64,000 nt of DNA, taken from contig CATOCA020000001.1 of NCBI GenBank assembly GCA_951406725.2, positions 3,968,001 to 4,032,000 of the forward strand, read 5' to 3'. The position numbers and the translations under genes are program-made. The DNA is from Octopus vulgaris. Lineage: Eukaryota. Shown here piece after piece: positions 57,419 to 64,000 of this stretch (positions within the stretch are counted from its first letter, which is position 1; each line of letters opens with the position of its first letter). The notes under the pieces were generated by a model, which searched no databases, was not told where the DNA came from, and saw nothing but the letters and a program-made list of their open reading frames with translations.

Positions 57419-57937
57419 GGATCTTTACCTTTTGACGGACAGATTTAAAAAATTATTTTTTTGGCAACTAAACACTTTCAAAGTTCGTATACTTGTAGAA
57501 TGTGTCACATAAAACATCTTTTACTCTTGGCGTTGTTGAGAAAAGGCTGTATTTTGGAAGTTATTTCTTGTTAAAGTTGTCGTATTTCGGTAATTTCAAC
57601 CAATCAATGACGTGTATTCAGCTGAATATAATTACTGCATTTGTTTGTCAATAGTAATTATGGGCGGTGTATATTTTGTTTGTCATCATTATTTATGACA
57701 TCGTTCTTTTGTACGAACTGCAGTAATTTTATTCAGCTGAATACATGTCATTGATTGGTTGAAATTACCGAAATATCTCAAATTTAACAAGAAATAACTT
57801 GAAAAATACAGAATTTTCTTAACAACGCCAAGAGTAAAACATGATTTATGTAACATATTCTACCAGTGTCCGAAGTTTGAAATTGTTTAGTTACAAAAAA
57901 TTATTTTTTAAATCTGTCGATCCAAATTTAAAGATTC
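57419..57937. mobile_element. MITE/foldback with about 220-bp inverted arms
   Basis: 57419-57640 is the reverse complement of 57718-57937 (for example ttcggtaatttcaaccaatcaatgac / gtcattgattggttgaaattaccgaa). Confidence 0.85.
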
Positions 57938-59182
57938 GGGTTCGCCCCCTCTGATAGCAATATACGTTGTATATAGAGGGGGCATCTCCTCACCGATAAG
58001 CAGCTGGTAGACTATCTGCCTGTGGTTAAACTAGTAGTAACACGGAACAGCCACTTTCTCTCTTTCCCTACCCTGTCTCTCCCCGTTCCACCTCATTATA
58101 TCTTACTCTATCATTCTGCTTCTATTACTATTTCTAAGAGAAGCTTTCCTCTTATAGATACTTTCAGATTTCTCTTAACAATTTTCTCTCTGTTCACTTG
58201 GATGTATTTAATTATTTAACTAACGATTAATCACATAATTACTTTCTAAATCTATAATCTAAATAATTAAATTGTGTGTTATTGAAACACAGTTTAATAA
58301 ACATTTAGAAGAAAAACTGTCCTACATGTGGTCTCACAATATGCAGGAAATAACAGCCAGTTGACCTTAAATTTGCATTGTTTTTATTAGATAATTAAAA
58401 CAACACTTTAAGAAGCTTCTAAGGACTTTTCTCATATGCGATCATTCTTCACGCTAGAAATAGAAAGTAAGGGATTTAAAATTTACTTTGTCTTTCATAT
58501 AAAATTTGAAGGACATTTAAGAAGCATTTTAACAAGAAATTCAACTCTATATTGTTTCACTTCATGCTGGAACCTTCTAGAAACAATTTTGTCTTGTCAG
58601 TTGCCCCATATTATTCTAGAAATGACAGCCAAATACACTGAAATTTGCATTGGTTTTACAGAAAAGTGAAATACATTTGAAAACGAATCTTAAAGAATAT
58701 CCTCCTAAAGTTGGCCTTGCATCATGCTAGAAATAACAGCCAGGTACCTCATATCGACACTGCTTTTGCTTTTCAGTTTATTGTCTTTTTATTCCCATCC
58801 TGAATGCAGTTGGTGAAGTCTATGGAGACATGTTCCTTCTCACTCCATAGATACGACCTTCTTTAAGCTAGAAACAACAGGCAGAGTACCCTCAGCCATA
58901 TCTTAAATCAATTAGCAATTTTGGAATATATTTCACTTTGAAAAGAAATCACATTTAATTTATTTGGTTTGCAGATTTTTCTGTATTCTTTCTTTCAGCG
59001 CGTGAATACTTAAAACGAAAGATTATCGAGATGGATGTCAGCTGAATTAAAAGAAACGATATTACAGCCATAGCGTGAAATATTTCACGCCTCCTTCTCT
59101 CCATGAATACATGTGGAGCAGAAAGTTCAACTATCAGAAACATGTATCCGAAGATTTGATTTGTTTTATCAACTAAAATTAC

Positions 59183-59336
59183 AGACAGGGCTTTACGGTA
59201 AGAAAGTTGGTTCCCAACCGTATGGTTCCAGGTTCGGTATCACTGCGTGGCGCCTTGTCCGAATGTCTTCTGTTATACCTTCGGGTCGACCTTAGAGTAG
59301 ACTTGGTAGACGGAAACTGAAAGAGGCTCTTCGTAT
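59183..59336 (+). mobile_element. tRNA-derived SINE 5' half
   Basis: ggtaagaaagttggttcccaaccgtatggttccaggttcggtatcactgcgtggc...ggtagacggaaactgaaagag. Confidence 0.65.
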
Positions 59337-59344
59337 ACACACAC

Positions 59345-59476
59345 ACTTTCTTTATTTCTTTCTTTCTTTTTTTAATGTTCTTATTTGTTTCTTTGTTTGT
59401 TTGTTTCTTTCTTTCTTCCTTCATTTCCCTCATTTCTTTCTTTCTTTCTTTCTTTCTTCATTTCTTTTTTCCTTTT

Positions 59477-59513
<37 letters not shown>

Positions 59514-60296
59514 TTCATTCATTCTTTCCTTCCTTCCTTTATTTTCTTTATTTCTTTGTTTTCTTTCTCTTTTTCATTTCCTTCTTCTTACCCTTAATTC
59601 TTTTTTCTTTCTTCCCTCTCATCTTTCCTTCTTCAATCCGTCTTTCATTTTTCTTCCTTTCTTTTTTCTGTCGTTGCTTCGTTTCCTTTCCTTGTCTCCT
59701 TTTTCTCTCTCTCCCTCTCACCCTGCTCTTATCCTTCTCACTTTCTTTCCTTCTTTTTTCCTTCTTACTTTCTTTTTTCTTTTTTCCCTTCATTTTTCTA
59801 TCTTTCCCTCTTTTTCCTTCTAACCTTCTTTCTTTTCTGTTTCCCTTTCTTTCTTACTTTCTCCCTTTCTTCCTTTCTTTCTTTCTCTCTTTCTTTCTTT
59901 CTTTTCTTTTTACTTTCTTTCTTTCTTTCTTTCTTTGTTTCTGTCTCTCTTTCTTTCTTTCCTTACTGCCTTTTTTCCTTCTTTCTTTCCTTACTGCCAT
60001 TCTTTCCTTCCTTCTTTTACTTCCTTATTTCCTTCATTCCTTATTTCCTTCTTTCCTTCCTTCCTTCTTCCTTCCTTCCTTCCAGCCTTCCTTTCTTTCT
60101 TTCTTTCTTTCTTCCGTTCTCATTTCATGCATTATTACAGAATCACGTTACTTTATTCCTTCCTTGCTCTTTTCTTTCTTTCCTTCTTTTTTTCTCTTTT
60201 CATTCTTCCTTTCTCTCTCTCTCTCTCTCTCACACACTCTCTTTCATTCTTTCCTTCTTTTTACTCTCTCTCTCTCTCACTCTCTTTCTTTCCCTT
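59345..60296. repeat. Pyrimidine-rich (CTTT/CCTT/CT)n low-complexity tract
   Basis: About 950 bp almost only C and T on the + strand. Confidence 0.93.
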
Positions 60297-61126
60297 AATC
60301 TCATTGTTTCCCTCCCAAAACAATTTCGACTTTTATAAAAGAATCTCACCTCTCTATTGTCTCGCATCATTCGTGAAACAGCAACCAAACACCTTGAAAT
60401 TCCTAAAGTTTTTATTTTATAAAAGCAGGACACTTGACGAAGCGTCTATCAAACATATTGTCCTACAGGTGGTCGGGTAAGATGGTAGAAATAACAGTTC
60501 AATACACTATATTCTGCATTGTTTTTCATGAAAGATTGAAAGAGATTTTAAGAAGCATCCGGAGGAATAATATACAATTGGTGGGTCCAGGTGATGCTAG
60601 AAATAACAGCCAAGTATATCAAAATTTTGTGTTGTCACTCATATAAAAATTAAGGGAACTTAGAAAATCCTCTCTCTTCCACCTCAGCATGTATTAATAT
60701 ATCACCCCAAATCTAAGCCGAATGCCCCTAACCTCTAAGCCACTTCACTCCAGCGACCATGCAACCTGTGTGACGATTGCAGGCAGAGTGAAAGGAAAAG
60801 TAAAGAATTGGAAATGTGAAAAAGCGAAATAAAAAACGAATCAGCGACGTGGAGTCGCAATCTGTACTAATTCCATTGATCAATGTTCGATATTTATCGA
60901 TAATGTGTTATAAACACTATTTTATATTATTCTCTCTCTTTTTAATAATAGGCATCACTCGCCATCGCTCCGTCCCTTTCTCTCCCTCCACACACCGCAC
61001 GATGCTCTCTGAAGAGGCGTTCCATCCAGATGTCCTCACATCCGTTTCTCTCATCAATAAGCGAACCGTTGTTCCATCCGTCTCTTTGCCATTGTCGACC
61101 GACTTGTGTGTGTGTGTGTCCATATA

Positions 61127-61364
61127 TTGGATTGGTGCATAATTATTGCGGCTTTTTTCAACAAATTTTATTCAACAAAAACAATAACATGTAACAAAAC
61201 ATCTTTAAATGATTATTCCGGAGCATATTCACCATCTACTTCAATAACTGCTTCCCATTCGCTTGATAGACGATCATGTAAAGATGTTTTTGATAAATAT
61301 TTTTATTGTTTTTGTTGAATAGTATTTGTTGAAAAGAAGCCGCAATAATTATGCACCAGCCCAA
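61127..61364 (-). mobile_element. Mariner-derived MITE
   Basis: TA-flanked TIRs TTGGATTGGTGCATAATTATTGCGGC / GCCGCAATAATTATGCACCAGCCCAA; interior minus strand reads DRLSSEWEAVIEVDGEY, like a mariner transposase C-terminus. Confidence 0.85.
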
Positions 61365-61792
61365 TATTTTACCTGACCCTGGGATGGTGTGATATCTTGA
61401 ATTGAGCGTTACATGGATTAAAGTGAGGGAAGGTTGCACAATAGCATCTGGCTCACTCTCTCGTCCCTTCCTCTGTGATTCCAGTGGAAGGATAAAGTCA
61501 AGAAAACTACAGACAGGTTGCAGTTCACAAAGCTTGCTGGTCCGTTGAGCCTGTCTAGTGGTTTCCTCAGCACACTCAACCGGTTCACATCCTTAGATAG
61601 ACAAGCCCTAGTCCACCAATGGTTAAAGGCCGTGTGCTACCCTTACCATGGTTTAGCCAGCCTGTGGAAGCCGTGAGCGTGGGTGTGGATACTGTTGCAT
61701 GCAGATAGCAATGATGAACCACAGGTGAGAGGTGGGATTCACGGGAGGACCAAAGCGGATGGACTACTCCAAGGAGTACTACATATTTTCCA

Positions 61793-61841
<49 letters not shown>

Positions 61842-61842
61842 T

Positions 61843-63006
61843 AGGTCCCTGTCTGGAATCGAAAATCGAACTCGGAATCTTAGGGTTAGTAGCCCGCGCT
61901 CTTAACCACTGCGTCATATGCCCGTGTGCAATTATGGAGTGAATCTTAGTATCAACACCACTAAAACCAACCCTATGGCTACGATATGTTGATGACACGT
62001 TTATAGTCTGGCCCCACCAGGAATATGGCCAAGTTCTGTTATATCATGTGAACTCAATAAAGCCATCCATACAGTTCACAATGGAAAAGGAGAAATACAA
62101 TCAGCTGCCAATTCCTGGACGTATTAGTAACATGCACCAAGTATGGATTCAGGACATCCGTATACTACAAGCCGCCCTTCACCGGACGATACCTCAACTT
62201 CAATTCCTACAATCCATACAGTGTAAAGAGAGGGATTGCTCAGTGCCTAAAACATCGAGTAAAGAATATAAGTAGCGATTGTGATACCCACAACGAAGAA
62301 ATGATCAAGCTAAGTAACAATCTATTAAGCAACAACTACCCCAAAATATGCAATCCACTCTAATTATGAAGAAAAGAGAGGATGAAACCAATGAACTGTC
62401 CACAGTCTGTCTACCCTATGTGAAAGGCTTCTCCGAAAAGATACAAAAGATATGTGGCCCATATGACATCAGGACAGTATTCAAGAGTAATACAACACTT
62501 CGCAAATATTTCCTTCGAGTAAAACCACCAATAGAAGAGAATATGACCAAAGACTACGTGTACTCCATCCCATGCAGCTGTGGTAGGTTATACAAAGGCG
62601 AAACATGCCTCCCACTCGAAATAAGGGTAGACACACATCGCAAAGCTGTGACACGAGGAGATATTGATAAAACGGGTATAGGTGATCATGTATGGAAAAA
62701 TGGAGACCACCTCATCCGGGTGGGATGAAGTTAAAATAATAGACAGAGAACACCACTGGAAAATAGGAAAACTAAAAGAAGCAGCACATATGCAAGGACA
62801 CAACATCCTCCTAAGCAGACCGAGTGCAGATATGAGCAGCATATGGGAACCGGTATTAAGGAAGGATAGGGAAATATTAGATTTATAACCCATAAAATTC
62901 ACTCCATAATTGCCCACAGGCTACTAACCCCAAGATTCCGAGTTCGAATCCAGGCAATGACCTTAATAATAATAATAACATCGAAAAATACCTTAGGAAT
63001 GAGAAC
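61843..63006 (+). mobile_element. Penelope-like retroelement (RT 3' part plus GIY-YIG), 5'-truncated, with inverted terminal copy
   Basis: WLRYVDDTF, IQFTMEKE, FLDV, LPYVKG, VYSIPCSCGRLYKGET, WDEVKII, LKEA; 61843-61948 is an inverted copy of 62893-62965. Confidence 0.92.
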
Positions 63007-63302
63007 AACAAACAAAATGAGGACAAATAAATAATGAATCCTTATTGTAGTTCTCAGCCTTTTCACTCGCTACGAATCCTTTCACAACAGCCACAAATGA
63101 ATCCCATGCTCTTTTTTCTACGTCAGTCCTCGAGCACGAGAATGTCTGGCATTTTCATTAACTTTCGGATTTGTGACCCATCAAAAAACACCATCCATTA
63201 TTTTATCATAACACAGGAAATGCTAAACATATGAATTCGAAACAGCTACTCTCCACATTAAGAGCTTCGATATATTACTTCATTAGTCCTAGTTTAAAAT
63301 GA

Positions 63303-63402
63303 NNNNNNNNNNNNNNNNNNNNNNNNNNNNNNNNNNNNNNNNNNNNNNNNNNNNNNNNNNNNNNNNNNNNNNNNNNNNNNNNNNNNNNNNNNNNNNNNNN
63401 NN
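63303..63402. other. Assembly gap (100 N)
   Basis: Run of n. Confidence 1.
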
Positions 63403-63462
63403 CAGTGGAGTTGACAAATATCTAAGCTTCACACAAAATTCTATGATGTAAATTTTTATAAA

Positions 63463-63912
63463 TGAAGTTCATCGTCATCTTTCGACCTCTATACTGGAAG
63501 CGATTCGATGGTTTGAGCAGGGCTGTCAAGCTGGGGAGCTGCAGCACACTCCAGTGTGAACTTTTATGGTTCCGAGAGCTAAATGCCCTTCCTCGTGCCA
63601 ACCACCTCACAGTTCACAGGTTGCTTTTATGTGGCACTGCACAGGCAATTTTATGTGCCACCACAGAGTTGCTTTAATGTGGTGCCACTTTAACATGGCA
63701 CTGCACATCTGCTTTTATGAAGAAAGGTCACCAGTGCTTTTTACCACCAGACGGATGAGTCTGAATATTTCTGCTGTGGAGTACAGGTCTTCTTGGGTAC
63801 AGCTGGGTGCCAGGCACCTTTGTCTTTATCATATCACCTGAAACTCTCCCATATCTTCTTGGGTGTCCCACTCCCATCTACTTTGAGAGATTGGCATTTC
63901 TTTATGGAGCTG
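63463..63912 (-). mobile_element. Old RTE 3' end fragment
   Basis: Minus strand SSIKKCQSLKVDGSGTPKKIWE plus degenerate 3' UTR (atgcccttcctcgtgccaaccac). Confidence 0.55.
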
Positions 63913-64000
63913 TTGGCATCCAGCTCAGTTGTAAAGGTAAATGTTTGTTTCTGCAGTTTCATCTCCATAGAATTGAATCTGTATTTTTTCAAGTAGCCTC

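Noticed and set aside
59375-60480. Phe/Leu/Ser-rich membrane-protein-like ORFs
   Set aside because: Translation of a CT-rich low-complexity tract
58340-60615. Recurrent GCTAGAAATAACAGCC motif resembling a CRISPR repeat or sgRNA scaffold
   Set aside because: Degenerate, irregularly spaced, eukaryotic context, no cas genes; an old minisatellite-like repeat
61843-61925. Functional tRNA gene
   Set aside because: Acceptor stem does not pair, T-arm has a small duplication, and it is part of a retroelement terminal repeat
62965-63010. Hammerhead ribozyme at the Penelope 3' end
   Set aside because: No CUGANGA...GAAA core visible; the copy appears to end before one

Overview
AT-rich, repeat-dense animal genomic DNA, most likely an octopus (inferred from the [17 protein letters not shown] zinc-finger style, the RTE/tRNA-derived SINE types and very long GAT/AAT/TA microsatellites). 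Most long ORFs in the track are microsatellite artefacts. One spliced + strand gene spans about 10.9-48.0 kb, with its 5' end upstream of the window. Its exons encode ankyrin repeats, a Mind bomb/IAP-type RING-HC finger and a C-terminal death-domain-like fold. The main observation lies between the RING and the death domain: a tandem array of six symmetric phase-1 micro-exons (51-72 nt), made by repeated duplication of one intron-exon cassette. The older copies encode dynein light chain LC8-type motifs (DKGVQTD, EKGVQTV, DKETQT). Two copies have lost the GT donor, three arise from a young ~0.9 kb triplication, and the first death-domain exon sits in the same cassette. One ankyrin exon has a 1-nt frameshift. 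The start of the window duplicates the intron that follows ankyrin exon B, which suggests in-frame ankyrin exon-pair duplication through microsatellites (or an assembly artefact). The rest comprises RTE LINEs, mariner and Tc1 elements, a Sola2-like fragment, Penelope elements, hammerhead-ribozyme-like repeats, foldback elements/MITEs, a C2H2 zinc-finger pseudogene next to a 28S rRNA fragment and a mariner end, poly-G runs and a 100-N gap. All calls were made by eye; no searches were run.
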